Notes under the pieces: model-generated
The model's input: only the letters and a program-made list of their open reading frames with translations
Told to the model about the DNA's origin: nothing
Databases searched by the model: none
Source of the DNA: Microcoleaceae cyanobacterium
GTDB taxonomy: Bacteria > Cyanobacteriota > Cyanobacteriia > Cyanobacteriales > Microcoleaceae
Reading direction: 5' to 3'
Assembly (NCBI GenBank): GCA_051652765.1
Contig: JBOFUV010000082.1
Location: 1 to 49,189 of the forward strand
Length of the DNA: 49,189 nucleotides
Made by a program: the position numbers and the translations under genes
Shown: piece after piece, positions 36,286 through 49,031 of the stretch
Layout: each line of letters begins with the position of its first letter
Position numbering within the stretch: the first letter of the stretch is position 1

Positions 36286-39200
36286 ATGCCCCGACGCGAC
36301 GACCTTCACAAGATTTTAATCCTAGGTTCTGGCCCTATCGTCATTGGACAGGCATGTGAATTTGACTATTCTGGAACTCAAGCCTGTAAAGCCTTGCGAG
36401 AAGAGGGCTACGAAGTAGTTCTGGTCAATTCTAATCCTGCCACGATTATGACTGATCCGGATACGGCTGAACGAATTTACATCGAGCCGTTGACCCCAGA
36501 AATTGTGGAAAAGGTGATTGAGCAAGAACGACCCGATGCCCTGCTCCCCACGATGGGCGGACAGACTGCCCTTAACTTAGCCGTTGCCTTGGCCAAAAGT
36601 GGAGTCTTAGAGAAATATGGTGTAGAGCTGATCGGGGCAAAACTGGAAGCAATTGAAAAAGCCGAAGATCGGCTGCTGTTCAAACAAGCCATGGAGCGGA
36701 TTGGGATTGGGTGTTGTCCTTCGGGCATCGCCAATACCTTTGCCGAAGCTAAAATTATTGCCCAACAAATTGGCAGCTATCCCTTGATTATTCGTCCTGC
36801 GTTTACCTTGGGAGGAACGGGGGGCGGCATTGCCTACAATCAGGAAGAGTTTGAAGAGTTGGCCAATTCCGGATTGGATGCTTCTCCCATGTCCCAGATT
36901 CTGGTAGAACAATCCCTGATTGGCTGGAAAGAATTTGAGCTAGAGGTGATGCGGGACTTGGCGGATAACGTCGTGATTATTTGCTCGATTGAAAACATTG
37001 ATCCCATGGGCGTTCATACCGGAGACTCTATCACTGTGGCTCCAGCTCAAACCTTAACAGACAAAGAATATCAACGGTTGCGGGATGCTTCCATTAAAAT
37101 TATTCGGGAAATCGGAGTGGAAACGGGAGGTTCTAATATCCAGTTTGCGGTCAATCCAGTGAATGGTGATGTAGTTGTGATCGAAATGAACCCCCGGGTC
37201 AGTCGTTCCTCAGCGTTGGCCTCCAAGGCGACTGGATTTCCCATTGCCAAGTTTGCCGCGAAACTGTCCGTGGGCTATACCTTGGATGAAATCAGCAATG
37301 ACATCACGAAGAAAACCCCCGCGTCCTTTGAACCCACGATTGATTATGTGGTGACTAAAATTCCTCGATTTGCCTTTGAAAAGTTTCCAGGGTCTGAACC
37401 GGTGCTCACCACCCAAATGAAATCCGTGGGCGAGGCTATGGCGATCGCCGGAACCTTCTGTGAATCGTTTCAAAAAGCCCTGCGTTCCCTGGAGACAGGG
37501 CTGGCGGGCTGGGGCTGTGATCGAACCGACAAGCGGCTGAACTCCGATCAAATTCGTTCAGGGCTACGCACCCCAAACCCCGACCGCATCCTGAGTATCC
37601 GCCATGGGATGCTGCTGGGCATGACGATTGAAGAAATCTATGAACTGACCGGGATTGACCCTTGGTTCTTGGATCAGTTTCAACAATTGCTGAACACTGA
37701 ACGGTTCCTCAAACGAAAGTCCCTACCAGAACTATCTCCAGAAGAATTGCTTGCGGTCAAGCGCCAAGGATTCAGCGATCGCCAAATTGCCTTTGCCACC
37801 AAAACCACTGAAGACGATGTTCGGGCCTATCGGCTCAACCTGGGGATCAAACCCGTCTACAAGATGGTAGACACCTGCGCGGCTGAATTCGAGTCCACCA
37901 CGCCCTACTACTACTCCACCTACTGGGACGAGGATGAAGTGTTACCCTCCGACCGACCCAAGGTGATGATTCTCGGTGGTGGCCCCAACCGGATTGGTCA
38001 GGGGATTGAATTTGACTATTGCTGTTGTCATGCTTCCTATGCCCTGCAGGAAGATGGCTACGAAACCATCATGGTCAATTCCAACCCGGAAACCGTTTCT
38101 ACTGACTATGACACGAGCGATCGCCTCTATTTTGAACCGTTGACCAAGGAAGATGTACTGAACATCATCGAAGCCGAACGACCCCTGGGAATTATCGTTC
38201 AGTTTGGCGGCCAAACTCCCTTAAAGTTAGCCCTGCCGTTACAGCGCTATCTGAACTCGTTGTCAGTGACTCCGCCCTCGTCCTTGGAGGAAACATCGGA
38301 ACCAATAACCCCTGACCCTAGGCCCATTCCCAAAATCTGGGGAACTTCGCCAGATTCCATTGATATAGCTGAAGACCGAGAACGGTTTGAGAAAATTCTC
38401 CGGGAACTGGATATTCAGCAAGCCCCCAACGGTTTGGCCCGAAGTTTTGAGGAATCTTTGAAGATTGCCCAACGGGTGGGTTATCCTGTGGTGGTTCGGC
38501 CTTCCTATGTCTTGGGAGGTCGGGCCATGGAAATTGTTTACTCCGATGAAGACTTGGAACGGTACATGACCTTTGCGGTGCATGTGGAACCCGACCATCC
38601 GATTTTGGTGGATAAGTTCTTGGAAAATGCCATTGAGGTTGATGTCGATGCGATCGCAGATCACACTGGAAACGTGGTGATTGGCGGCATCATGGAGCAC
38701 ATTGAAGAAGCCGGAATTCACTCCGGAGATTCTGCCTGTTCGATTCCCTATCAAACCTTGCCCGCCGTTGCGGTAGAAATCATTCGTCGCCAAACCATTC
38801 AGCTTGCCAAAGCCTTAAATGTGGTTGGTTTGATGAATATCCAATTTGCAGTTCAGGGAGAACAGGTTTTCATCCTAGAAGCCAATCCTCGCGCCTCCCG
38901 CACAGTACCCTTTGTCTCGAAGGCCATTGGGGTGCCGTTGGCAAAAATGGCCTCTCGGGTAATGTCTGGCAAAACCCTATGGGAATTGGGCTTTACTGAA
39001 GAAAAGATTCCTAAACATGTTTCAGTCAAGGAAGCCGTCTTGCCCTTTGCAAAGTTTCCTGGAACTGATGTTCTCTTGGGGCCAGAGATGCGCTCAACGG
39101 GGGAAGTCATGGGAATTGATACGGACTTTGGTCGAGCCTTTGCCAAAGCTGAACTTGCTGCTAGTCAGAAGTTGCCTCTCTCCGGCACCGTGTTTGTATC

Positions 39201-39573
39201 GATGAGCGATCGCGACAAACTGACCGTTGTCCCCGTCGTGCGAGATTTTATAGACTTGGGGTTCAAAGTCATTGCTACCGTTGGCACCCGTCGGGCATTG
39301 TGGGAAAATGGCGTTCAGGTTGACCTGGAATTGAAACTACACGAAGGTCGCCCCAATATTCTGGATTCTATCAAAAATGGCAATGTTCAACTGTGTATCA
39401 ATACTCCATCTGGGGAGGATGCCCGTGCAGATGGAATTTTGATTCGACGTACTGCCCTTGCCTACAAAATCCCCTTGATCACCACGATTGCGGGAGCTAA
39501 AGCTACGGTTGCTGCCATCCGTGCCTTGCAGTCAGGCTCCTTTGAAGTCAAGGCGATTCAAGATTATTATTAG
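36286..39573 (+). CDS. carB: Carbamoyl-phosphate synthase large subunit
   Basis: [27 protein letters not shown], two ATP-grasp domains, MGS domain. Confidence 0.99.
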   Translation: MPRRDDLHKILILGSGPIVIGQACEFDYSGTQACKALREEGYEVVLVNSNPATIMTDPDTAERIYIEPLTPEIVEKVIEQERPDALLPTMGGQTALNLAVALAKSGVLEKYGVELIGAKLEAIEKAEDRLLFKQAMERIGIGCCPSGIANTFAEAKIIAQQIGSYPLIIRPAFTLGGTGGGIAYNQEEFEELANSGLDASPMSQILVEQSLIGWKEFELEVMRDLADNVVIICSIENIDPMGVHTGDSITVAPAQTLTDKEYQRLRDASIKIIREIGVETGGSNIQFAVNPVNGDVVVIEMNPRVSRSSALASKATGFPIAKFAAKLSVGYTLDEISNDITKKTPASFEPTIDYVVTKIPRFAFEKFPGSEPVLTTQMKSVGEAMAIAGTFCESFQKALRSLETGLAGWGCDRTDKRLNSDQIRSGLRTPNPDRILSIRHGMLLGMTIEEIYELTGIDPWFLDQFQQLLNTERFLKRKSLPELSPEELLAVKRQGFSDRQIAFATKTTEDDVRAYRLNLGIKPVYKMVDTCAAEFESTTPYYYSTYWDEDEVLPSDRPKVMILGGGPNRIGQGIEFDYCCCHASYALQEDGYETIMVNSNPETVSTDYDTSDRLYFEPLTKEDVLNIIEAERPLGIIVQFGGQTPLKLALPLQRYLNSLSVTPPSSLEETSEPITPDPRPIPKIWGTSPDSIDIAEDRERFEKILRELDIQQAPNGLARSFEESLKIAQRVGYPVVVRPSYVLGGRAMEIVYSDEDLERYMTFAVHVEPDHPILVDKFLENAIEVDVDAIADHTGNVVIGGIMEHIEEAGIHSGDSACSIPYQTLPAVAVEIIRRQTIQLAKALNVVGLMNIQFAVQGEQVFILEANPRASRTVPFVSKAIGVPLAKMASRVMSGKTLWELGFTEEKIPKHVSVKEAVLPFAKFPGTDVLLGPEMRSTGEVMGIDTDFGRAFAKAELAASQKLPLSGTVFVSMSDRDKLTVVPVVRDFIDLGFKVIATVGTRRALWENGVQVDLELKLHEGRPNILDSIKNGNVQLCINTPSGEDARADGILIRRTALAYKIPLITTIAGAKATVAAIRALQSGSFEVKAIQDYY

Positions 39574-39859
39574 CCAAATTTGACCAGAGAATTGCTCCTT
39601 AGAAAGGGTTCCCTAGCCAATTCACCTCTTCTTAGGGTAGGCTGAGTAATGATTGGACTAATGTCTTAGTCTATAAAATCTGGGCATTTGCAGTGCTCAA
39701 TGTGACAGACAAAGACCATGAAAGCAACTACATAAACTTTGTAGTTTGAGAGAATACCCAGCTCTTCACCCAAATGAACTGTTCAGCGAGTACGGTCGGT
39801 GAGGCAGCGCATCTCGTTGGAATTCTGTTAAATCGTTTCAATTTGGTTATCTTCGTTGA

Positions 39860-41149
<1,290 letters not shown>

Positions 41150-41174
41150 TTCCTAAATGTCATAGGTTAGAGAG

Positions 41175-41198
41175 TTAAGGTGGGTAATACCACCTTAA
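41175..41198 (+). terminator. Hairpin after ahcY
   Basis: TTAAGGTGG-GTAATA-CCACCTTAA followed by a T-rich run. Confidence 0.6.
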
Positions 41199-41275
41199 TT
41201 GTTATTAACATTAAACTGGATTGATTTTCAAGATAATAGAAGTGAACTCTAAACCCATTGAATAGTTAAAAAGTT

Positions 41276-41488
41276 ATGGGCGAAGCAAAACGTCGTAAGG
41301 ACACATTGGGAAGCCAGTACGGCAAAGAAGAACGAATTCTTCCTTGGTTACCCATTACCAAATCTCAAAGTGATCAGTTCATGGGCTTAACGACTCGTGG
41401 GGCATGGGCGGGGATCATCCTTCTCATTGCTCTCTGGATTACCATCCGGTTTATTGGCCCTGCATTTGGTTGGTGGCAAGTCGATTAA
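41276..41488 (+). CDS. DUF2839 family membrane protein
   Basis: MGEAKRRK...ILPWLPITK.Q...GAW.GI...RFIGPAFGWW. Confidence 0.88.
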   Translation: MGEAKRRKDTLGSQYGKEERILPWLPITKSQSDQFMGLTTRGAWAGIILLIALWITIRFIGPAFGWWQVD

Positions 41489-41965
41489 TCGGTCACAAAA
41501 GCAAAATTCAGAAGGCTCTTTTGGCTTAGGATTATCAAAAAAGCTTAGGAGCTTTCTGTTCTACTCTCATTCAGCCTATTGCTAAAAAACTTGTATTTCT
41601 ACCAACTTAATCCCATAGATTTTTATCATTTCTTAAACCAAATAGTAAAAACCCCAACTAAGTATAAGCATCAGTTATATTATTAAATATTCTAATCATA
41701 GAGGATTTGCATGGAAGGTAGACCCTGTAGGAATTTGATTTTACGATGACAAAGGCTTAATCTATGGGGGTTTGAGTCAGTTGAATCGTAAACTCTAGGG
41801 GGGTGCATCTGTAGAAATTTACTCGAATTTCCGGAAAACGGTTCCATCAGGGTGATGATTTTTTTAGATAAGTAAGGTTATACTGTGCCAACGTCTGCAC
41901 TCAAAATCTTAAGATTGTGTTACAGTTTTTAAGGAAATCGCGAGGTGTGGTGATGGAGGACAATT

Positions 41966-42310
41966 ATGTTTCTTAGACTTGCAGAGCAACACCGTCAATT
42001 TGTACAAGAATTGGTTATGAACCTCCAAGCTTTAGCGATTGTGTTAGAGCGACGAGGATACCTTGCCTCCTGCTACACTTGCGGTGGTCAAATGAATAGT
42101 GCTTCATTTATGGTGAGCTTAGGGGACAGTCACTTGATTCGTTTCTTGGTTTCCGATTATGGCATCACTTGGACGGAGATGCGAGATGATCGGGAATTGA
42201 TGAAGCTAGAAGGTGCAGAAGCAATTAGCCAATTGCAAGAACTGGCTAATCTAGTGAAGTATGACATTCAGCCATCGGCAGCCTTACCTCAGCTCCTACA
42301 GCGAGCCTAG
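41966..42310 (+). CDS. DUF1815 family protein
   Basis: MFLRLAEQHRQFVQELVMNLQALA..GYLASCYTCG..SASF; GGAGG RBS. Confidence 0.9.
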   Translation: MFLRLAEQHRQFVQELVMNLQALAIVLERRGYLASCYTCGGQMNSASFMVSLGDSHLIRFLVSDYGITWTEMRDDRELMKLEGAEAISQLQELANLVKYDIQPSAALPQLLQRA

Positions 42311-42460
42311 GTGAATATCAGAGCGGTTTGGTTTAGAATTTTATCTCCGGCTTTAGGCTGGAGATAGTAGTATGGCTGACCCGTTGAAATGGGGATGGGT
42401 GGTTGCCATTTTATGAGTATGAGGGGGCAGTGATCCCAACAGTCAAAGTCAAAGTAGTCT

Positions 42461-43348
42461 ATGGCATCTTTAGGAAGCAGTTTGGAATCTAACTGGCAGC
42501 ATTTGTTCATTGATACAAACAATATTCGATTACATTCAGTGACCCAAGGTCAAGGCGAGCTAGTCGTCCTTTTGCATGGGTTTCCCGAGTTTTGGTATGC
42601 TTGGCGTTATCAGATTCCGGCCCTTGCGCGTTATTTTAAGGTAGTTGTCCCGGACTTGAGAGGCTATAACGACTCTGACAAACCAGAGACAGGATACGAT
42701 CTAGATACCTTGAGTGCAGATATTCGGGGACTCATTGAGCGCTTAGGATATGCCAAGGCTCACATTGTAGGTCATGATTGGGGAGGGGTGATTGCTTGGC
42801 ATATTGCTCAACGATGTCCTCAGTATTTAGATCGTTTAGCAATTTTGAATGCGCCACCGCCCCATCGGTTTATTCAAGAGTTGACTAGTAATTTGGATCA
42901 GGTTCGGCGAAGTTGGTATATGCTTGCGTTTCAATTACCGGGATTACCAGAGTGGTTAATTCAGCAAAATCTGAAAAGTTTTGTTACTAGTGTTTTTCGA
43001 GGTCAAGCCGTTCGCAAGGGAGCCTTTGGAGTAGAAGAAACGAACATCTACCAAGCCGCTCTTGAGAAACCAGGGGTTTTGGCTGCAGCAACTCAGTACT
43101 ATCGGCAACTTTTATGGCCGCCTAACTGGTTATTGAGTTGGGGAAGCTCTCCTGAACAGGTGACTTCCCCAACTTTAGTGCTTTGGGGAAAAGAAGATGC
43201 TCTATTTAGCCATAAATTTACAGAGGGGTTGGATCGACTCATTACAGCTCCATTTAGGCTGAAAATTATTTCAGAGTGTGGTCATTGGATTCAGCAAGAG
43301 GTTCCCCAAACTGTGAATCGTGAGTTGTTGAGCTTCTTGAGAGGTTGA
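42461..43348 (+). CDS. Alpha/beta hydrolase (epoxide hydrolase-like)
   Basis: LLHGFPEFWYAW, GHDWGG, CGHWIQQE. Confidence 0.93.
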   Translation: MASLGSSLESNWQHLFIDTNNIRLHSVTQGQGELVVLLHGFPEFWYAWRYQIPALARYFKVVVPDLRGYNDSDKPETGYDLDTLSADIRGLIERLGYAKAHIVGHDWGGVIAWHIAQRCPQYLDRLAILNAPPPHRFIQELTSNLDQVRRSWYMLAFQLPGLPEWLIQQNLKSFVTSVFRGQAVRKGAFGVEETNIYQAALEKPGVLAAATQYYRQLLWPPNWLLSWGSSPEQVTSPTLVLWGKEDALFSHKFTEGLDRLITAPFRLKIISECGHWIQQEVPQTVNRELLSFLRG

Positions 43349-43417
43349 CATCCTCCTAACTTCAAAAGCAACAGTATTTGCCGTGCAATTCTTGTTCCTA
43401 ATTCTCTCATGATGAGA

Positions 43418-43445
43418 AATAGGGAATGATTGCTCATTCCCTATT
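43418..43445. terminator. Bidirectional terminator-like hairpin
   Basis: AATAGGGAATGA-TTGC-TCATTCCCTATT between convergent genes. Confidence 0.65.
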
Positions 43446-43567
43446 GTTTTAATCTTTGCCTGATCGCCTACGCTTGACTTTGTGCAAAATCAAACTTGGT
43501 AGATGAACCCTGATGACAGGGAGAAGAAATTCCCCTTACCATCGGAAGTTCAAAAGAGAATCGAGCT

Positions 43568-46330
43568 TTAACCAAATAGGAAATTGTCGGCGTTGTTTAG
43601 TTCAGCAACACTAACATCCTTAACTAAGACTAATGAACGGGCCTGACCCGATCCTGCGAACCCATCTGCATCCAGGTTGAGGATTGTGTCATCACCGCTA
43701 GCCCGGAAGCTCACATAGCCCTCGGCAATCGGATCAGTTCCAGCAAAGCCAATGCTGTTGAGTACTCCAATCAGGTCAATTTTGTCTAAATTCACCGTAA
43801 AGTCATCAATGACATCTCCAGCATCGGCCAGAGTTGTGTAAGCAAAGATATCGTTCCCTTCGCCACCTGTGAGCCTATCCCGATTCTGGAACCCAGTGAT
43901 AATGTCATTCCCCGATGTTCCAACCAAATTATCGCGACCTGGTGTGCCGTTGATGATACGGCCAGGTGCAGAAGTAAGGTTCAAGCCCACAACCAATGGA
44001 TCATGATCGGAAGACCGATAGGGATCGGGACTGAAGTATCCCTCAGGGTTAAATCGTGTACTGTAACCTAAGACAGTGGGTTCATCCACATTGATGTGCC
44101 ACTCTGTTGCTCCGGTCACCTCATCAACCAGACTTGGACTTGCAAAGGCATGGTCAATGTAACCAGACTGTCCTCTGAAAAGGAAAGAATACGCAGCATC
44201 GCCTTGGAATTGTCTGATTAGATCTGTGTAGCCTCCATCTTCAATAGCTTGAGCCGGATCTTCTTCCCCATAGGCATTTAAATCACCAATAATCAGGAAG
44301 TCAGGGTCTCCACTTCCTGTTGGGTCTGTTGCCAGCCAATCCACGAGGGCTTCAGTAGCCTGTGTCCGAGTGAAGTTGAAAAACGCTTGTCCATCCCCCT
44401 GGTCTAGATCCCGTGGATCAGGGCTCGTACCACTAATTGGGGCAGATTTAGACTTGAGGTGAGCCACGGAAATTGTGAATTCTTCACCAGTCCCAATTTC
44501 CTCGAAAGTCTGCGCTAGAGAAGGACGCTGAATACTAGTATTAAACCGAGGATCGACTGTGCTGTCCAGAATCTCTGGCTCGCCAACTAGATCAACAGCT
44601 TCAGGTTTATAGATGAATCCAACTGTGATCACATCTGTTCCCAGGCGGCCATCGGCAGTCTCTGGATCAATAAATACATAGGTTCCCGGCGCGGTCGCAT
44701 CATTTAACCCATTGACGAGGTCTTGAATTGCACTATCTGCCCCAAACCCGTTATTCTGCATCTCAGTCACTCCCAGAATGTCAGGGTCTAGACCAAGAAT
44801 GGCTGGAACAATGGTGCTGCGCTGACGCTCAAACTCCACTTGATTCTGAGCGCCACGACTACCCACAAAGTCACCAACCCCATTGCCATTAAAGTAATTC
44901 TCAAGGTTGAAGGCACCAACTCTGAGAGAACCTCCAATCGCTGCAGGCTCTGAAGTCCGGGGGTTGTCTGGCGTGAAGACTGGATCAACAGTGGGCTGAA
45001 CCCGATAGTCAACATCAGGAGGGTTGCTAGGACTAACCCGACCGAAGTCAAGTACCCCAACCAGATTATTGATGGTGTCACCTGATCGAATCACACTCAG
45101 GTCATCAGGAGAGCCAATATAGGGAACTGGATTAGGGTTGTCACCGCTACCATTAATGTCTTGGCCATCATCTAGAAACAGCAAGCGACGGGCATTTTCT
45201 TCTGCCAAGGAAATCGCCTCCTCGGTCAAAGGACGGAACTGGTTAGTAGGTTGGAACAACCGTCCGGGATTACCTGCATCATCGGGGGAAGCCAGAGTCA
45301 TTTGACCGTAGCGGCCCAGGAAAAAGTTCTGGGTTATGGTCATCGGACTATCGATTTCAACCAACATACTTTCGAACTGTTCCAGTTCTCCATCGGTTGT
45401 TTCAGGTAAGGAAACTGGGGTAGGAGCTAATGGATCTGGAGTGGGTTCCTCAATCTGAATATCAGTGACAAGGCTAATTTGAGTGCGCCCATTGAACTCG
45501 CTGACTCTTCCACTGATTTCTACTAACTGACCCTCTTGAACGTCAAAGCCAAACCATTCACTATTTGGAGGCACAAAAGTAAAAATTCCGTCAGAAGTGT
45601 TAGAGTCGCCGTCACCTACAGGATCTTGAAAGAAGAATCCTCTGAGCTGGTCACTTCCCTGGAAATCCCCCACGACAATACCCTGGGTTGTCACCCGTTG
45701 ACCGTTGAGCGGACTGATGCCACCAATGCCTTGAATCTCGTAAATTGGGGTTAGTGGAGTTTGTCCACCATCTAGAATATTAAAGGGCGCAGTTGGTAGA
45801 GTTTGGCGAGCACGATTAGAACCAGACCAATTGGATTTATTACTGATTGCAGCCAAGAGTTCTGTGGATGTGCCAGAGGTAATCCCTGCATAAACTGCAT
45901 TGTCAATCTCATCCAGAGCAACCGCTGTCTGAGTATCTACTAAACCTGTTGGTAAAGCGGAGGTAGTTCTAGAATTGGTTGCATTGGATTGCCATTGTCC
46001 AGGGTTGCCTTCGCTATTGAGTGCATAGATGAACGTGGGATCGGCGTTATCTCCCTGATAGGCCAGAATCTGATCACCAAGACTTGAGAAGGCTACAGAG
46101 GAGACTGCTGGACTAACTACGGTTCCAGCAGCAATATCTGCGGGTGCTGTCCAGGTGAAAGTTCCTTCATTCAATCCGAATCCACCTGCGCTCAGCCAAC
46201 CGTTGTCAGTAAACTTGATCTCAGTGCCTGTACCCAAGTCTACAAGAGGTACAAACGCAAATGCATCAGAATCGTCAAAATTAAATCCAACGACGGCGAT
46301 ATCACCAGAAGACAAAGTACTTGGAGCCAT
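43568..46330 (-). CDS. ExeM/NucH-family extracellular endonuclease with T1SS-type RTX tail
   Basis: TPIYEIQG..SPL OB-fold, SDGIF, FNLENYF, HLKSK, IIGDLNAY, IDH, YRSSDHDP. Confidence 0.92.
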   Translation of the reverse strand: MAPSTLSSGDIAVVGFNFDDSDAFAFVPLVDLGTGTEIKFTDNGWLSAGGFGLNEGTFTWTAPADIAAGTVVSPAVSSVAFSSLGDQILAYQGDNADPTFIYALNSEGNPGQWQSNATNSRTTSALPTGLVDTQTAVALDEIDNAVYAGITSGTSTELLAAISNKSNWSGSNRARQTLPTAPFNILDGGQTPLTPIYEIQGIGGISPLNGQRVTTQGIVVGDFQGSDQLRGFFFQDPVGDGDSNTSDGIFTFVPPNSEWFGFDVQEGQLVEISGRVSEFNGRTQISLVTDIQIEEPTPDPLAPTPVSLPETTDGELEQFESMLVEIDSPMTITQNFFLGRYGQMTLASPDDAGNPGRLFQPTNQFRPLTEEAISLAEENARRLLFLDDGQDINGSGDNPNPVPYIGSPDDLSVIRSGDTINNLVGVLDFGRVSPSNPPDVDYRVQPTVDPVFTPDNPRTSEPAAIGGSLRVGAFNLENYFNGNGVGDFVGSRGAQNQVEFERQRSTIVPAILGLDPDILGVTEMQNNGFGADSAIQDLVNGLNDATAPGTYVFIDPETADGRLGTDVITVGFIYKPEAVDLVGEPEILDSTVDPRFNTSIQRPSLAQTFEEIGTGEEFTISVAHLKSKSAPISGTSPDPRDLDQGDGQAFFNFTRTQATEALVDWLATDPTGSGDPDFLIIGDLNAYGEEDPAQAIEDGGYTDLIRQFQGDAAYSFLFRGQSGYIDHAFASPSLVDEVTGATEWHINVDEPTVLGYSTRFNPEGYFSPDPYRSSDHDPLVVGLNLTSAPGRIINGTPGRDNLVGTSGNDIITGFQNRDRLTGGEGNDIFAYTTLADAGDVIDDFTVNLDKIDLIGVLNSIGFAGTDPIAEGYVSFRASGDDTILNLDADGFAGSGQARSLVLVKDVSVAELNNADNFLFG

Positions 46331-46780
46331 ACAAACTTCCCAATAAAAAATGTTAGCAGTAACCTGATTGATGCAATTAGCCCCAGTGGAAGAGGGAAGT
46401 CAGCAAAAAAACACGCGGGACATAACAAACAGTAATGTCCTCTCTCGACGGTTACACAAGAGAATGAAACCCTATTAAGCCATCAGACTTTAGGCACTAA
46501 TGATGACCAGATCTAAGTCCACCAATCTACAAACTAGAGTTGAAGAAAAAGACTTATCTGGGCTAGATCCACTATCTAAAGTCTGACATTTGAAGAGTAA
46601 AAGCCAAACATTAATTCAAGGTTAAACCCAGTTCATTTTTGCTACATTTTACACACTCTTTACAAATACTTTTTGAGTGGGCAAAATTAAGTGATCAGGA
46701 GACAATAAAAAGTGAAAAACTTGGGAAATTAAAAGTAGGAAATTTGGACAAGGCTGATTAAATACATCAGATAGCTACTC

Positions 46781-46824
46781 AAAAACTAAGGCATCAGATC
46801 TCAAAGTAAAATCTGATGCCTTAG
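46781..46824 (-). terminator. Intrinsic terminator downstream of lpxB-DUF3493
   Basis: 14-bp stem CTAAGGCATCAGAT/ATCTGATGCCTTAG followed by a T-run on the minus strand. Confidence 0.65.
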
Positions 46825-46984
46825 CATTTTATTAAAGGTTAGGGTCTTTATATAAGCTGACCCCAGTTGAACGTTAAAAAAAACATGCTTAAGATCTTTA
46901 TATAAGCTGACCTCAATTCATGTGTGCTATTGATATATTCATATCAGGGATCAATATAAAGAGTAGAATTTTGTAATATTTTCT

Positions 46985-47311
46985 TTATTTTTTTCTTTTC
47001 TTTGCGACTTGTTGACCTTTGTTTTCAGATATAACGTTTTGTTGTTCTATCTCCACGGCACGCTCATTTGCCCGTCTTTCCAGTCGGAACAACCAGACCA
47101 TCAAGGCAACTAATCCAACCTGAAGGGCAAAATTAGGCAAGGCTGAAGCAACCTGACGACCTGAAAGCAGTTGGGCCAGAAAAACCACAGCACCAATGAA
47201 ACCTGATACCCCAAAGGAAAAGTAAACGAACTGCCGTAAGGGACGAAAAGGTGCTTTTAGTTCGACTCGTAGACGGGCATATTTCTCGGGCTCAAGCTTT
47301 GGATTAACCAT
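46985..47311 (-). CDS. DUF3493 (LPA1-like) membrane protein
   Basis: RL..E.KAPFR.LR.F.Y..F..SG.IG; two TM helices. Confidence 0.8.
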   Translation of the reverse strand: MVNPKLEPEKYARLRVELKAPFRPLRQFVYFSFGVSGFIGAVVFLAQLLSGRQVASALPNFALQVGLVALMVWLFRLERRANERAVEIEQQNVISENKGQQVAKKRKK

Positions 47312-47348
47312 GCAAGAATTAGGGATCGGAGCAACGTTATCAATAATG

Positions 47349-48548
47349 CTAGCAAACAGGGGTATCTAGGATTTGTTTGTCTTTGCTAAATTTTAGGATC
47401 TCAAGGGCAGCGCGATCGCACACCCCACTATCTCCTAGGGCCTGTTTCATGACTTGATAATCTACTAACATCTGTTGTCGTCGCTGGGGGTTGTGCAACA
47501 GATCTAAGGCTTCCACGAGAATCTGGGCTGGAGTTGCCTGGTCTTGCATCAACTCCGGCACAATCGGTCTCATGACAACAAGATTTGGCGGAGCCATGAA
47601 CGGGATGGAGAAGTTCAGGACATGGTGAGCCAACCATGCCGTCATTGGACTGACGCGATAGGCAACAACTTGAGGCACATTTAACAGTGCCAGTTCTAAA
47701 TTAACTGTGCCTGATTTAGTAATTGCCAGGTCAGCCGCTGCCAGAACTGTCAGGGCTGACTGACTCCCGGTCGTGGGTAGGATTGTAGCATTCAGGTTAA
47801 ACTGTTTAACCGCCCGTTGAATTGAGGGACGAAAGGCTTCCAAAGACAGGGGAATCCAAAATCGAACGTGAGGCAGTTGTGCCTGTAACTGTTGAGCCGC
47901 CTCGAAGATTACGGGCATCAGGTACCGGATTTCTTGCCAACGGGAGGCAGGCAGTAAAGCGATCGCCAGTTCATTGGGATCAATCCCTAAGGTTTGTCGG
48001 GCTTGATCCCGATTGGGAGCGGTTGCCATTCGATCTAGCAGGGGATGGCCGACCCAGGCTACATTTGCCCCTTTTGATTGAAAATAGCGAGCCTCTTCTG
48101 GAAAGATGGCCAAGAGGCGATCCGTGATCTTGACAATCTGAGCCGTTCCCCGCGCTCCTGGCGACCAAACCCATTCTTGAGGCGCAATGTAATAAAAAAT
48201 TGGAATGGAGGGCAAATGATAATGAACATACTGGCCAATCCCCAAATTTGGCCCCATGTAATCAATTAACACGACCCGATCCGGAGGATTGTCCCGCAGA
48301 TCCTGCTTCACTTGTTGCTGAATTCTTAGCGTTGGCAATACATAGGGCAGGGTCTCCAAGATTCCAACTGATCCAATCGCTGCCGTTTCTGCTAGCAATG
48401 TTGCTCCAGCCTCAGCCATGCGTGACCCTCCCAAAGCCACAATCTCCAGCTCCAGTCCTAATTGAGTTGCCTGCCGTTTCAAGGCTGTAACTAGCAAGGC
48501 ACCTTGTAAATCTCCCGAAACCTCGCCTGTGCTGATGAGAATTCTCAT
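47349..48548 (-). CDS. lpxB: Lipid-A-disaccharide synthase
   Basis: STGEVSGDLQG, IDY.GPN, YIAPQEWVW, VGHPL, LLPASR, SGTVNLELAL. Confidence 0.97.
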   Translation of the reverse strand: MRILISTGEVSGDLQGALLVTALKRQATQLGLELEIVALGGSRMAEAGATLLAETAAIGSVGILETLPYVLPTLRIQQQVKQDLRDNPPDRVVLIDYMGPNLGIGQYVHYHLPSIPIFYYIAPQEWVWSPGARGTAQIVKITDRLLAIFPEEARYFQSKGANVAWVGHPLLDRMATAPNRDQARQTLGIDPNELAIALLPASRWQEIRYLMPVIFEAAQQLQAQLPHVRFWIPLSLEAFRPSIQRAVKQFNLNATILPTTGSQSALTVLAAADLAITKSGTVNLELALLNVPQVVAYRVSPMTAWLAHHVLNFSIPFMAPPNLVVMRPIVPELMQDQATPAQILVEALDLLHNPQRRQQMLVDYQVMKQALGDSGVCDRAALEILKFSKDKQILDTPVC

Positions 48549-49031
48549 AGAATGGTTAAGTATGAACCCTTAAGCTAGAACCAGAAGCTAGAACCAGAAA
48601 CGCCTTAATTATCCAACGAAGCAGTTGTATTGAGACAATTTCAAGTTGAGATTTGGACAGTATACGATCGCAATGGCTACTACCCAATGCTGCAATGAGA
48701 CATTTCAATGAGACACCAAGACAACCGAGCTTAATGATTTATGGTAGGGTTAGCAAAAGTGTAATGCCGGTCTATATTTTGTGTGGATAGGATGAACATA
48801 CCACTTTTATATCGTTTATTTTTTGGAACATTTTCATCAGTTGACAATCCTGTAATTTTCAGGAAAAACTGCAGGATTGACTGCTTCACTAGAAGTGAAT
48901 AAAAATCAAGACCGAGTCTTTGACAACTTTTTGAAAACTACTGTAAAATAGCTAGAAAGCCTCAAGTCTTTGGCCCACTGAGGATTTTTAGCTATTTTTT
49001 AAAAATTCTCTAAAGCGAGTTTGTAGATATT

